DNA from: an uncultured Chloroflexia bacterium
GTDB lineage: Bacteria; Chloroflexota; Limnocylindria; Limnocylindrales; CSP1-4
Direction: 5' to 3'
Length of the DNA: 64,000 bases
NCBI GenBank assembly: GCA_963813335.1
Contig: CAWEYL010000001.1
Coordinates: 992,001 to 1,056,000 of the forward strand
Of this stretch, positions 29,415 to 38,733 are shown one piece after another. The notes under the pieces are model-generated. The model searched no databases. It was not told where the DNA came from and saw only the letters and a list, made by a program, of their open reading frames with translations. Every line of letters begins with the position of its first letter. Position 1 is the stretch's first letter. The translations under genes were made by a program, and so were the position numbers.

Positions 29415-31004
29415 ATGCCCGAAACCCTGACTGAGTCGTTCTGCGAGCGGTGCGGCTCTCGGTATACGTTCGAGTCTGCCGCGCCGAAACAGCGGATGCG
29501 CGGCATGCGCGTCCTGTCGCGCGGTGTCAAGAACTTCGTCCTCGACGACAAGACCTCGTTCGACGAGGCGATGGCGGTCGCCCGGATGGACACCGATCGC
29601 GAGTCCACCAACGCCCAGCTAGACGCGTTCCACAAGACCTTCAACTTCTGCATGGAGTGCCGGCAGTACACCTGCCCGAACTGCTGGAACGAGGTCGAGG
29701 GCCGCTGCCTCGGCTGCGCGCCGATGCTCGTGGACGTCGGGCCGGCCGCCGGTCCGTCGCCGTTCCTGGCACCGCTCGCGACGCCGCTCAGCACCCCGAC
29801 CAACGGCGCCACAGCCACGAACGGCCACGCCCTGGTCGAGCCCGACGCGGAATTCGACCCCCTCGCGCGCCTCGCCTTCCTGACCGCCGCCGCGCCGCCC
29901 GCGACCGAGCCGGAGGTGGTCGACCCGGAACCGATGGCCGCAGGCTCGCCCGTCGTGCCTCCGAGCGAGGTCGCGCCCGTCGAGCCAGTCCTCGAGCCGG
30001 GACTCGTCGAGGCCGAGCCCGTCGTCAGCGCGCCCGCGGCACCATTCGTCGCAGCGCTCGTCGAACCGGATCTCGTGATCGCCCAGGAACCGCTCCTGGA
30101 GCCCGAGCCGGAGCTGGTCGCCCAGCCGGCACCTGAGCCGGTCGCCGAGCCGGCGGAGCCGATCCCTGCCGCGGCCACGAGCGAGGTCGAACCGGCAGCC
30201 GAGGTCAGTCCGGCGCCACGCGTCGAGCTCGAGCCCGAGCAGTTCGCCAGCAAGATCGTCGTCACCGACCCGGCGGATCCGACCACTGACCGCGCCGCCG
30301 CCGCGGCCGCGCGGACGTCGATCATGTTCACGGCCATGCGCCCGGGGCAGAGCCTTGATGAGGCGATCGCCGAATACGACGAGGCCACGGTCGAGCCGGA
30401 GCCTGCTGCCGCCGAGCCTGCTGCCGCCGAGCCTGCTGCCGCCGAGCCCGCTGCCGCGGCCGAGCCCGAGCCCGTCGCCGTGGCCGAGCCCGCTGCCGCG
30501 GCCGAGCCCGAGCCCGTCGCCGTGCCTGAGCCTGTCGCCGCGGCCGCGCCCGAGCCTGCCGCCGCGGTCGTGCCGGAGCCTGCCGCGCCCGAGCCCATCG
30601 CTCCCGAGCCGGTCGTCGTGCCGCCCGCGCCGGTCGCCGTCGAACCGCCCGTGGTCGAGGCCCCCGGTGTCGCCGCAGCCGCGATCGCCGCCTCAGTGGC
30701 GCCGGTCGACGTCGTCGCGCAGCCGACCTGGTCCGTCATGGCCCCGGACCCCGATCAGCCGTCGCCGACCTCGCCCGAGTGGCCCAACCAGCAGCCCGCC
30801 CCCGGCCTGCCGTTCCTCGGCCGACCGGCCGTCCCGACCGGCGGCGTCGACGCCCTGTGGGCCGCGTCGAGCCAGCAGGTGGGCGCCCCGTCCCCCGCGA
30901 CCCCCGGGCCCGTCGGCGGCGTCCAGGAATGCCTCAGCTGCGGCCTGTCACTCTCGGCCACCGCCCGGTTCTGCCGGCGGTGCGGGAGCGCCCAGCACCG
31001 CTGA
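29415..31004 (+). CDS. Multi-zinc-finger protein with a long Pro/Glu/Ala-rich linker
   Basis: CERC, CMEC, CPNC and CLGC at the N-terminus; CLSCG...FCRRCG at the C-terminus. Confidence 0.75.
   Translation: MPETLTESFCERCGSRYTFESAAPKQRMRGMRVLSRGVKNFVLDDKTSFDEAMAVARMDTDRESTNAQLDAFHKTFNFCMECRQYTCPNCWNEVEGRCLGCAPMLVDVGPAAGPSPFLAPLATPLSTPTNGATATNGHALVEPDAEFDPLARLAFLTAAAPPATEPEVVDPEPMAAGSPVVPPSEVAPVEPVLEPGLVEAEPVVSAPAAPFVAALVEPDLVIAQEPLLEPEPELVAQPAPEPVAEPAEPIPAAATSEVEPAAEVSPAPRVELEPEQFASKIVVTDPADPTTDRAAAAAARTSIMFTAMRPGQSLDEAIAEYDEATVEPEPAAAEPAAAEPAAAEPAAAAEPEPVAVAEPAAAAEPEPVAVPEPVAAAAPEPAAAVVPEPAAPEPIAPEPVVVPPAPVAVEPPVVEAPGVAAAAIAASVAPVDVVAQPTWSVMAPDPDQPSPTSPEWPNQQPAPGLPFLGRPAVPTGGVDALWAASSQQVGAPSPATPGPVGGVQECLSCGLSLSATARFCRRCGSAQHR
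30399..30600 (+). repeat. In-frame coding tandem repeats (EPAAA x3; AEPAAAAEPEPVAV x2)
   Basis: GAGCCTGCTGCCGCC three times, followed by two near-identical 42-bp units. Confidence 0.85.
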
Positions 31005-31871
31005 CCCATCGCCGGCCGCGACCGACGCCGGCACGCCCTCATCCCGGACCCGGACCCACGCCGCCCCGTAGAGCAGCGCCTGGAACGAGAACGACAGCCA
31101 GGCGAGCGCCACGAACGCGGTCGCCAGTGACCCGACGATCGCGGCGGCTCCGACCAGCAGCGGAACCAGGAACGCGAAGACCTGGCTGAGGACCACGATC
31201 GTCACGGCCGCGACCGCGGCAGGCAACCAGACCGCGGACCAGCTGGGTGCGCGTGGTGGCACGGTGCGGTAGATGAGGACGACGATCCCGATCGCCGCGG
31301 AGATGAGGACCGGCCAGGCCGTCAGGAACCCGCTCAGGGTCCGGCCGGCGGGGATCGCCTCGGGCACGAGCCCCGCGAGCGCGGTGGAGACCGTGATCGC
31401 GACGATCAGCATGACGACCGCGCCGATCAGGATGGCCACCCACAGGAACCCGCGAGCCGTGCGATGGAACACGTCGCGTTCCGGGTGGTCGTTCCAGATC
31501 CGCGAGAACGCGACGTCGAGCGCCACGTACAGCTGGCTCACGCCCCAGATCGTGCCGGCGAGGCCGACGACCGACGTCAGGGCGGCACCGGACACCAATG
31601 ACCGCAGCGTGTCCTCGATCAGTTCCGCCAAGGGCGGGACGAGCGACTCGAGTGCGTCGGCGACGGCCCGCTGGATCGCCGGGTCCTGGGCCAGCCACCC
31701 GGTGAGCCCGAGCGTGAGCAGCATGATGGGAACGGCCGTGAAGAGCGCCGCGTAGGCGAGCCCGTTGGAGAGGAGGCCGCCGGTGGCGCGCCCGTACGTG
31801 TCGAGGACGGCCAGGATGAACGCGATGCGCGGCCGGGCGAGGACGCGCTGGATGGCGGCTCCCGGGTCCAT
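30948..31871 (-). CDS. YihY/BrkB family membrane protein
   Basis: GLAYAALFTAVP, ALDVAFSRIW, LIYRTVP and ALLYGAAW motifs; about six TM helices. Confidence 0.88.
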   Translation of the reverse strand: MDPGAAIQRVLARPRIAFILAVLDTYGRATGGLLSNGLAYAALFTAVPIMLLTLGLTGWLAQDPAIQRAVADALESLVPPLAELIEDTLRSLVSGAALTSVVGLAGTIWGVSQLYVALDVAFSRIWNDHPERDVFHRTARGFLWVAILIGAVVMLIVAITVSTALAGLVPEAIPAGRTLSGFLTAWPVLISAAIGIVVLIYRTVPPRAPSWSAVWLPAAVAAVTIVVLSQVFAFLVPLLVGAAAIVGSLATAFVALAWLSFSFQALLYGAAWVRVRDEGVPASVAAGDGSAVLGAPAPPAEPGGGRE

Positions 31872-31882
31872 GGGCGCCGGGG

Positions 31883-32122
31883 TCAGCTCCCGATGTCGCT
31901 GAAGAGACCCGGCTGCAGCGCATCGGCGCGGACGCGCCGCGGGGCCGCGATCAACGCCTTGACCTCGCCGCGCCGGACGTAGCGTCGGCCGCCGAGCTTG
32001 ATGCTCTGCAGGCGCCCGGCGCGTGCCCAGCCCCCGATCGTCGACGGCGCAAAGTGGACATTGGCGGCGGCCAGCAGCTCGGCGGCCTCGGCCAGCGTGA
32101 TCCAGTCGGCCGCAGCGGGCAT
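31883..32122 (-). CDS. Small winged-helix DNA-binding protein (excisionase/BldC-like HTH)
   Basis: WITLAEAAELL...STIGGWARAGRLQSIKLGGRRYV; 79 aa. Confidence 0.8.
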   Translation of the reverse strand: MPAAADWITLAEAAELLAAANVHFAPSTIGGWARAGRLQSIKLGGRRYVRRGEVKALIAAPRRVRADALQPGLFSDIGS

Positions 32123-32123
32123 G

Positions 32124-32486
32124 TCAGTCGGCCGCCGGCTTCGTCGTGGGTGAGCCGCCACCCCCGCCGCCACCCCCGCCGTCGCCGGTCGACGAGCCGG
32201 CTTTGGCGCCATCGCCCGTCGCGACGGGACTCGTCGCGCCGTCCTTCGTGTCCGCCGTTCCGCTCTCGCCGGACGCGGCACTCGACGAGCCGGCCTTCGC
32301 GGGCGCGGGCCGTCGTTCCTTCTTCGCCCAGCCCGTCCCCTTGTAGTGGACGGCCGGGGCCGTCACGGCCTTGCGGATGGGACCGCCGCCGCACAACGGA
32401 CACGCGGCCGGAGGGTCGGCGTGGATGCCGTGGACGACCTCGAACCGGCGCCCGCAGGAGGCGCAGTCGTAGTCGTAGGCGGGCAT
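32124..32486 (-). CDS. FmdB family zinc-ribbon protein
   Basis: MPAYDYDCASCGRRFEV...CPLCGG...VHYKGTGW, followed by a low-complexity tail. Confidence 0.9.
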   Translation of the reverse strand: MPAYDYDCASCGRRFEVVHGIHADPPAACPLCGGGPIRKAVTAPAVHYKGTGWAKKERRPAPAKAGSSSAASGESGTADTKDGATSPVATGDGAKAGSSTGDGGGGGGGGGSPTTKPAAD

Positions 32487-32503
32487 CGTGAGCGCGGCTC
32501 GGG

Positions 32504-33253
32504 TCAGCCGCGCAGCAGACGCATGCCGCACTTCGGGCAGTAGAAGGCCCGCTCATGCGCCGAGGCGAACCCGCAATGCGCGCAGACGAGGCCACCGCGA
32601 CCCGCGGCCGGGACCGGGCGTTCGATGCTGGTCATCCCCTGCGCGTACTGGCTGGCGAGGATGTTGGTGAGGATGCTCGCCAGGATCCGCTGACCGATCC
32701 GGTCCGTGTCGCCGCGGACCCCGCGGCCGCCCCAGCCGACGACGGCCCGGCAGATCATGTCGCCGGTGGCCTCGTCCCAATGCGACGCCACGCCGCCGAT
32801 CACCGCGTTGTACTCGGGGTAGCCGGCCGTGTCGATCTCCCCGTCGAGCAGGGCGCAGGCGAAGGTGTCGAAGGCGAGGTCGACCGCATCGATGGACTCG
32901 AGGACGACGAGCGCGTGGCGGGTGATCGGCGAGTTGACGTGGTGGGCGTTGAGCCACTGCATCGCCTCGGCCGGCCGGGTGATGGTCGGGGTCGCCTGGC
33001 TGAACTCGATCGGCAGCGGGTCGACGACCTCGATGTCCGACTTGGCCAGGCCCTGGAGCATCCGCGGCAGCTCGGCCAGCGCCTTCGGTCCGGATCCCAT
33101 CCGGACGCCTTCACTGCTCTTGCCGGCGTAGTAGAGCCGGAGCTGGTGATCCTGGGCCGCGACCTCCTCGGCCATGATGTCGGAGGCGCTCGGACCGGCG
33201 GCGGCCGCCGCCGGATCGTCGCTGCCTCGGCGCTTGAGGAATTCGAGCGGCAC
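32504..33253 (-). CDS. Hypothetical protein with a C-terminal zinc ribbon
   Basis: Typical codon usage; GGGAG before the GTG; CAHCG...YCPKCG at the C-terminus. Confidence 0.75.
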   Translation of the reverse strand: MPLEFLKRRGSDDPAAAAAGPSASDIMAEEVAAQDHQLRLYYAGKSSEGVRMGSGPKALAELPRMLQGLAKSDIEVVDPLPIEFSQATPTITRPAEAMQWLNAHHVNSPITRHALVVLESIDAVDLAFDTFACALLDGEIDTAGYPEYNAVIGGVASHWDEATGDMICRAVVGWGGRGVRGDTDRIGQRILASILTNILASQYAQGMTSIERPVPAAGRGGLVCAHCGFASAHERAFYCPKCGMRLLRG

Positions 33254-33355
33254 GTACTGACTCCCGTTCGGCGGCTGGCTCCGCCGTCATGGTAGCAGGG
33301 GCACTATGGCGCCGACCCGGGTCGACGGGCCCCGCGGCCGGCCCGAACGCCGGGC

Positions 33356-35041
33356 CTACCGGGCGACCGCTTCGAGGACGAGGGCCTCATACCCGCGGAG
33401 GGCCAGCGCCCGACCTGCGGTCACCGCGGCCGGCGGGTCGAGATGCGTCCCGACGACGGACCGCCAGGTGCGGCCCGCCGGTGCGGGCGGCACCGTGATC
33501 GTCGCCCCGGTCCGCGCGAAGGCGACCAGCACGAGCATCTCGGGCCCCGACCCTCGGCGTCGATAGGCGAGGACGTCGGGGCGGCCGGTCCGCACCAGCG
33601 CGATCGCTCCGTCCTGCAGCGACGGCGCCCTCGATCGCGCCGCGAGCAGCCGTCGATAGCAGGCGAGCACCGAATCCGGGTCGGCGGCCTGAGCCGCCAC
33701 GTTGCGCTGCCCGGCATCGTCGCCGAGGCGGAGCCACGGTCGGCCCGACGAGAATCCGGACCCCGGCCCATCGGACCAGGGCATCGGCGTCCGCGCCGGC
33801 GAGCGGTCCCACCAGCGGAAGTCGGCACTGACGTGGCGCGCGGCCGGGTCGACGCTCTCGCTCGGCGGCACGGCGACATCGCCCATGCCGATCTCCTCGC
33901 CGTAGTAGAGGAACGGCGTCCCGCGGACCGTCAACGAGATGACGGCGGCGGCCTTGGCGATGGCGTCGCGATCAGCGTTGCCGACGCCCGCCGTGGCGGC
34001 CAGGCGCGATGCCTGGCGGGGCTGGTCGTGGTTCGACAGGACCACCGTCGGCCAGCGGTCCGGCCCGAAGGCCAGCTCCCGGCGGCGGATGGCCGCGGCG
34101 AATGCCGTTGCCGCCCACGGACGGGTGAGCAGCTCCCAGTCGAAGACCAGATGGCGGTCGGTGGTCAGGGCCGCGGCGCCCTCTGTCGTGCCCACGAACA
34201 TCTCCCCGACGCTCATCCGCCCCGGCGCCGCATCGAAGACCTCGCGGAGCCGCGCGATCAGGTCCGGCAGGTCCGGCTGGTCGATGTCATGGGTGTGCGT
34301 CTGCCGGTCCCAGGCGGTCGACCCGCGACGGACGGGATTCGAGCGCATCGCCGGGTCCTTCAGGAAGACGTTGAAGGTATCGAGCCGGAACCCATCGACC
34401 CCCCGGGCGATCCACGTCCGGATGACGTCCTTCTGGGCTTCCTCGACCGCGGGATGGCGCCAGTCGAGCTCGGGCTGCTCGGCGAGGAACGTGTGGTGGA
34501 AGGATTGCCGTCGCCTCGGCTCGTACGTCCAGGCCGGCCCGCCGAACCACGAGACCCAGTCGTTCGGCGGCAAGGGGCGCCCGTCCGGGCCCGTTCCCGC
34601 GGGGTCGTGCCACAGGTACCAGTCCGCGCGCGGTCCGGTCCGCGACGCGGCCGACTCGACGAACCACGGATGCTCCGAGCTCGTGTGGTTGAGCACCAGG
34701 TCGAGGATGACCCGGATCCCGCGTCGATGGGCTTCCTCGACCAGCCGGTCGAAATCCGCTTCGGTCCCGAACAGCGGGTCGATGGCCGTGTGGTCGCTGA
34801 CGTCGTAGCCACCATCGAGCCCTGGCGACCGATAGATCGGCGACAGCCAGATGGCGTCGACGCCGAGGCCGCCCGGTCCCAGGTGGTCGAGGTGGTCGAT
34901 GATCCCCGGCAGGTCCCCGGTCCCGTCGCCGTCGCTGTCGGCGAAGCTCCGCGGGTAGATCTGGTAGACGACGCCGCGGCGCCACCAGTCGTCGCCGAAG
35001 CGGAACGACGAGCGAGTGTCAGCCCGACGGCGGTCGGTCAC
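33356..35041 (-). CDS. GH13 alpha-glucosidase / oligo-1,6-glucosidase
   Basis: WWRRGVVYQIYPRSFADSDGDG, DLVLNHTS, GVDGFRLD, VGE and LSNHD motifs. Confidence 0.93.
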   Translation of the reverse strand: MTDRRRADTRSSFRFGDDWWRRGVVYQIYPRSFADSDGDGTGDLPGIIDHLDHLGPGGLGVDAIWLSPIYRSPGLDGGYDVSDHTAIDPLFGTEADFDRLVEEAHRRGIRVILDLVLNHTSSEHPWFVESAASRTGPRADWYLWHDPAGTGPDGRPLPPNDWVSWFGGPAWTYEPRRRQSFHHTFLAEQPELDWRHPAVEEAQKDVIRTWIARGVDGFRLDTFNVFLKDPAMRSNPVRRGSTAWDRQTHTHDIDQPDLPDLIARLREVFDAAPGRMSVGEMFVGTTEGAAALTTDRHLVFDWELLTRPWAATAFAAAIRRRELAFGPDRWPTVVLSNHDQPRQASRLAATAGVGNADRDAIAKAAAVISLTVRGTPFLYYGEEIGMGDVAVPPSESVDPAARHVSADFRWWDRSPARTPMPWSDGPGSGFSSGRPWLRLGDDAGQRNVAAQAADPDSVLACYRRLLAARSRAPSLQDGAIALVRTGRPDVLAYRRRGSGPEMLVLVAFARTGATITVPPAPAGRTWRSVVGTHLDPPAAVTAGRALALRGYEALVLEAVAR

Positions 35042-35108
35042 CGGGAGTCTCCCTGGTCGTCGGTGCGCCGGTCGGCGCCGCAGATCGCCTGATGGTATCG
35101 ATACGGAC

Positions 35109-35160
35109 TTGACAAGGTGGCATGGAGGCGTCATTGATACGCGTTACTGACACGCGTTAG
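35109..35160 (+). promoter_or_regulatory. TTGACA -35 element and tandem putative LacI operators
   Basis: TTGACA at 35109; TGATACGCGTTA (35135-35146) and TGACACGCGTTA (35148-35159) between the divergent GH13 and LacI genes. Confidence 0.6.
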
Positions 35161-35209
35161 TCGACCATGTCGAACGCGCGGCGTCAAGTGGAGGAGGAGC
35201 GGTCGGCCG

Positions 35210-36238
35210 ATGCCGCAGCGACCCACGAGCCACGATGTCGCAACGCTCGCCGGCGTTTCGCGAACGACGGTGTCATTCGTCCTGAATGACCGTACGGACG
35301 TGAAGATCCCGGAAGAGACCCGGCGACGCGTCCTCGACGCCGCGAAGGAGCTCGGGTACCACCCTCACGCATCGGCGCAGCGGCTGGCCGGTGGCCGGAG
35401 TCACGTCATCGCGCTGGTCCTCCGCCAGTCGCCCGAGCAGGTCGCCAGCGATGCGGCGCTGGCCGAGACGCTGCGCGGCCTGGCCTCGGCAGCCCGCACG
35501 GGTGGCTTCCGGGTGATGGTCGAGCCGTTCGCGCTCGACGACACGTCCGGCAGCTACGCCGATCTCCTCCGCGCCCAGCACGCCGACGGCCTGGTGGTCT
35601 CCGGTCCGCGCGTCGACGACCCTTCCCTCATCGAGCTGGTCCGCGACGGGTTCCCGATCGTCCTGCAGGGAGCGCTGCCCGACATCGGGGCGCCCAGCGT
35701 CGACATCGACAACGTCGCCGGTGCCCGTGGCGCGGTCGATCACCTGATCTCGCTCGGCCATCGCCGGATCGCCTGTATCACCAACGCCCCGCTCGTCTAC
35801 ACCGCCGCCCAGGAGCGGCTCGAGGGTTACCGCCAGGCGATGGCGGCCGCCGGACTGGATGCCGACCCGGCCCTCGTCGCCGAGGCCGCCTTCGATGCAC
35901 CGAGCGGCCATGCGGCCATGGCCGGGCTCCTCTCGCGGACGCAGTTCGATGCCGCCTTCGTGGCCAGCGACGTTGTCGCCCTGGGGGCCATCGGCGCGCT
36001 GCGCGAAGCCGGGAAGCTCGTGCCTCTCGACGTCTCGGTCGTCGGCTTCGACGACATCCCGCTTGCCGGGTACTTCGACCCCCCACTCACCACCGTCCGG
36101 CTGCCGGCCTACGAGCTCGGGCAGGCCGCCGGACGCGCCCTCCTGGAACGGATCGCCGATCGCGAGATCCCGCTGAGGACGCTGTTGCCGACCGAGCTCA
36201 TCGTCCGCGCCTCGACGGCTCCGTCGTCGAGGACCTGA
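35210..36238 (+). CDS. LacI family transcriptional regulator
   Basis: DVATLAGVSRTTVSFVLN HTH; SVVGFDD...PPLTTV. Confidence 0.95.
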   Translation: MPQRPTSHDVATLAGVSRTTVSFVLNDRTDVKIPEETRRRVLDAAKELGYHPHASAQRLAGGRSHVIALVLRQSPEQVASDAALAETLRGLASAARTGGFRVMVEPFALDDTSGSYADLLRAQHADGLVVSGPRVDDPSLIELVRDGFPIVLQGALPDIGAPSVDIDNVAGARGAVDHLISLGHRRIACITNAPLVYTAAQERLEGYRQAMAAAGLDADPALVAEAAFDAPSGHAAMAGLLSRTQFDAAFVASDVVALGAIGALREAGKLVPLDVSVVGFDDIPLAGYFDPPLTTVRLPAYELGQAAGRALLERIADREIPLRTLLPTELIVRASTAPSSRT

Positions 36239-36324
36239 AGGACCGGCGCATGCCAGCAGCCGGCATCTGACAGCCCCTGTGAGCGACCCCGGGACATTCG
36301 GGTCGACGGGAAAGGAGACATGGC

Positions 36325-37695
36325 ATGGAGGAGCGGATCTTCCGGCGCACGAGAGTCGCCGGATTGTTGGCGGCCGCCACGTTGGTGGCCGTGGCCTGCT
36401 CGAGCGGCAGCTCGAGCCCCAGCCCGGCGGCCTCGACACCGGCGAGCGCGCCCCCGGCGTCTGCCGGCGCAGGTGAGAGCCCGTCGGCATCGGCCGGCGG
36501 TCAGATCGGCGGCGAAGTCTCGGTCATCGGCACGTGGACCGGCTCCGAGCAGGACTCGTTCATGGCGATGGTCGCCCCGTTCGAGCAGTCGACCGGCGTC
36601 AAGGTCAAGTACACGGGCACCCGCGACATCAACGCGGTCCTGACGACGGGCGTCGCCTCGGGCATCCTGCCCGACCTCGCCGGCCTGCCGGGCCCGGGCC
36701 AGATGGCGGACTTCGCCAAGGCCGGCGCCCTCAAGCCGCTCGATGACGTCCTGGACGTCAACGCCTACAAGGCCAACACCTCGCCCGGGCTCGTGGCCCT
36801 CGGCACGGTCGACGGCAAGATCACGGGCGTCTTCATCAAGGCCGCGGTGAAGGGCCTGATCTGGTACGACCCGAACGTCTACAAGGGTGGCGCCCCGACC
36901 AGCTGGGACGACCTCCAGGCCAAGGGCAAGGCCGCCGCGGCGACGATCGGCGGCACGGCGAAGCCGTGGTGCGTCGGCCTCGAGTCCGGCGCCGCGACCG
37001 GCTGGCCGGGAACGGACTGGATCGAGGACCTCGTCCTCCGCCAGAGCGGGCCGGACGTCTACGACGCATGGGTCGCCGGGAAGCAGAAGTGGACGTCGCC
37101 CGAGATCAAGTCGGCCTTCCAGGCCTTCGGGACCGTCGTCGCGGACGACGCCGTCTTCGGCGGCAGCAAGACCGTGCTGGCCACGGCCTTCGGCGATGGC
37201 GGCAACCCGCTGTTCACCACCCCGCCCGGATGCGTCTTCCACCACCAGGCCTCGTTCATCACCGACTTCTTCGTGAAGCAGGGTGGGGCGAAGGCAGGCG
37301 ATTACGACTTCTATCCGTTCCCTGACATCAACCCGTCCTACGCGGGTGCGGTGACCGGAGCCGGCGACCTGTTCGGCATGTTCAACGACACGCCCCAGGC
37401 CAAGGCGCTGATCGCCTATCTGGTGACCCCGGAAGCCCAGCAGATCTGGGTCGACCGCGGTGGAGCCCTCTCGGCGAACAACAAGGTGACCAAGTACCCG
37501 GACGCCATCAGCCAGCGGTCCGCGGAGATCATCGCCAACGCGAAGGTCTTCCGGTTCGACGGCTCCGATGCGATGCCGGCCGCGATGAGCGCCGCCTTCC
37601 TGACGGCCATCGTCGACTTCACCAAGGACCAGTCGAAGCTCGACTCGGTCCTGAGCACGCTCGATCAGGTTCAGTCCAGCGCCTACGGCGGCTGA
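36325..37695 (+). CDS. Alpha-glucoside ABC transporter substrate-binding lipoprotein (AglE-like)
   Basis: Lipobox VAC; KGLIWY, WCVGLESGAATGWPGTDWIED, HHQASF and FRFDGSD motifs. Confidence 0.9.
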   Translation: MEERIFRRTRVAGLLAAATLVAVACSSGSSSPSPAASTPASAPPASAGAGESPSASAGGQIGGEVSVIGTWTGSEQDSFMAMVAPFEQSTGVKVKYTGTRDINAVLTTGVASGILPDLAGLPGPGQMADFAKAGALKPLDDVLDVNAYKANTSPGLVALGTVDGKITGVFIKAAVKGLIWYDPNVYKGGAPTSWDDLQAKGKAAAATIGGTAKPWCVGLESGAATGWPGTDWIEDLVLRQSGPDVYDAWVAGKQKWTSPEIKSAFQAFGTVVADDAVFGGSKTVLATAFGDGGNPLFTTPPGCVFHHQASFITDFFVKQGGAKAGDYDFYPFPDINPSYAGAVTGAGDLFGMFNDTPQAKALIAYLVTPEAQQIWVDRGGALSANNKVTKYPDAISQRSAEIIANAKVFRFDGSDAMPAAMSAAFLTAIVDFTKDQSKLDSVLSTLDQVQSSAYGG

Positions 37696-37704
37696 CATCG
37701 ATCC

Positions 37705-37736
37705 CGGTCCGGGGCGGCCTCGCCCGTCCCGGACCG
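37705..37736 (+). terminator. Intra-operon stem-loop after the binding-protein gene
   Basis: CGGTCCGGG...CCCGGACCG inverted repeat with no U-tract. Confidence 0.5.
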
Positions 37737-37761
37737 ACCAGTCCCGCGCAGGGAGTGACGG

Positions 37762-38733
37762 ATGGACCCACGAGTCGTCACCGCGATCGTCGCGATCATC
37801 GGCGTACCGGTCCTGCTGGTCGCCTACATCCTGATCGTCGAGCGCGTGCTGCTGTTCGCGCCGCAGCGCGCCCAGAGTGCGATCCGGCCGTGGCTGTGGC
37901 TCCTGCCGGCGCTCCTGCTCCTGCTCGTGTTCCTCGTCTACCCGACGCTCAACACGATCTATCTCAGCTTCCAGGACAAGTTCGGGAAGCAGTTCGTCGG
38001 CCTGAACAACTACGCCTACTTCCTGGGCACGGACGCCACCCTCACCGCGTTCCGCAACAACATCATCTGGCTGGTGCTGCTGACGGTCTTCGCCGTCGGC
38101 TTCGGGCTCCTCGTCGCCGTCCTCGTGGACCGCGTCCGCTATGAATCGGTCGCGAAATCGACGATCTTCCTGCCGCTGGCCATCAGCTTCGTCGGCGCCG
38201 GCGTGATCTGGAAGTTCGTCTACGACTACAAGGCGCCGGGAACGCCCCAGATCGGCGTCCTGAACGCCGTGATCACGGGGTTCGGCGGGCAACCGGTGTC
38301 GTTCCTGCAGGACGCCCCGCAGAACACGGTCTACCTGATCATCGTGGCCGCCTGGGTGTGGACCGGGTTCTGCATGGTCATCCTCTCGGCGGCCCTCAAG
38401 GGCATCAGCGTGGAGCTCCTCGAAGCCGCGCGCGTCGACGGGGCCACCGAGTGGCAGGTCTTCCGGCGGATCACCTTCCCGCTGCTGCTGCCGACGATCG
38501 CGGTGGTCTCGACCACGATGATCATCACGGCCCTGAAGGCGTTCGACATCGTCTACGTCATGACCGGCGGCCAGAACGACACCAACATCATCGCGTTGCG
38601 CATGTACCAGGAGCTCTTCAACTTCAGCCAGCCGGGCCGCGCGAGCGCCATCGCGGTGATCCTCCTGCTGCTGATCATCCCGGTGATGATCCTGAACATC
38701 CGGCGCTTCCGAGCCCAGGAGGCGATCCGATGA
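37762..38733 (+). CDS. Sugar ABC transporter permease
   Basis: FVGLNNY, EAARVDGA (EAA loop) and KAFDIV motifs. Confidence 0.93.
   Translation: MDPRVVTAIVAIIGVPVLLVAYILIVERVLLFAPQRAQSAIRPWLWLLPALLLLLVFLVYPTLNTIYLSFQDKFGKQFVGLNNYAYFLGTDATLTAFRNNIIWLVLLTVFAVGFGLLVAVLVDRVRYESVAKSTIFLPLAISFVGAGVIWKFVYDYKAPGTPQIGVLNAVITGFGGQPVSFLQDAPQNTVYLIIVAAWVWTGFCMVILSAALKGISVELLEAARVDGATEWQVFRRITFPLLLPTIAVVSTTMIITALKAFDIVYVMTGGQNDTNIIALRMYQELFNFSQPGRASAIAVILLLLIIPVMILNIRRFRAQEAIR

Noticed and set aside
30399-30600. Tandem repeats as a CRISPR array
   Set aside because: Units are multiples of three, have no unique spacers, encode EPAAA-type linkers, and no cas genes are present.
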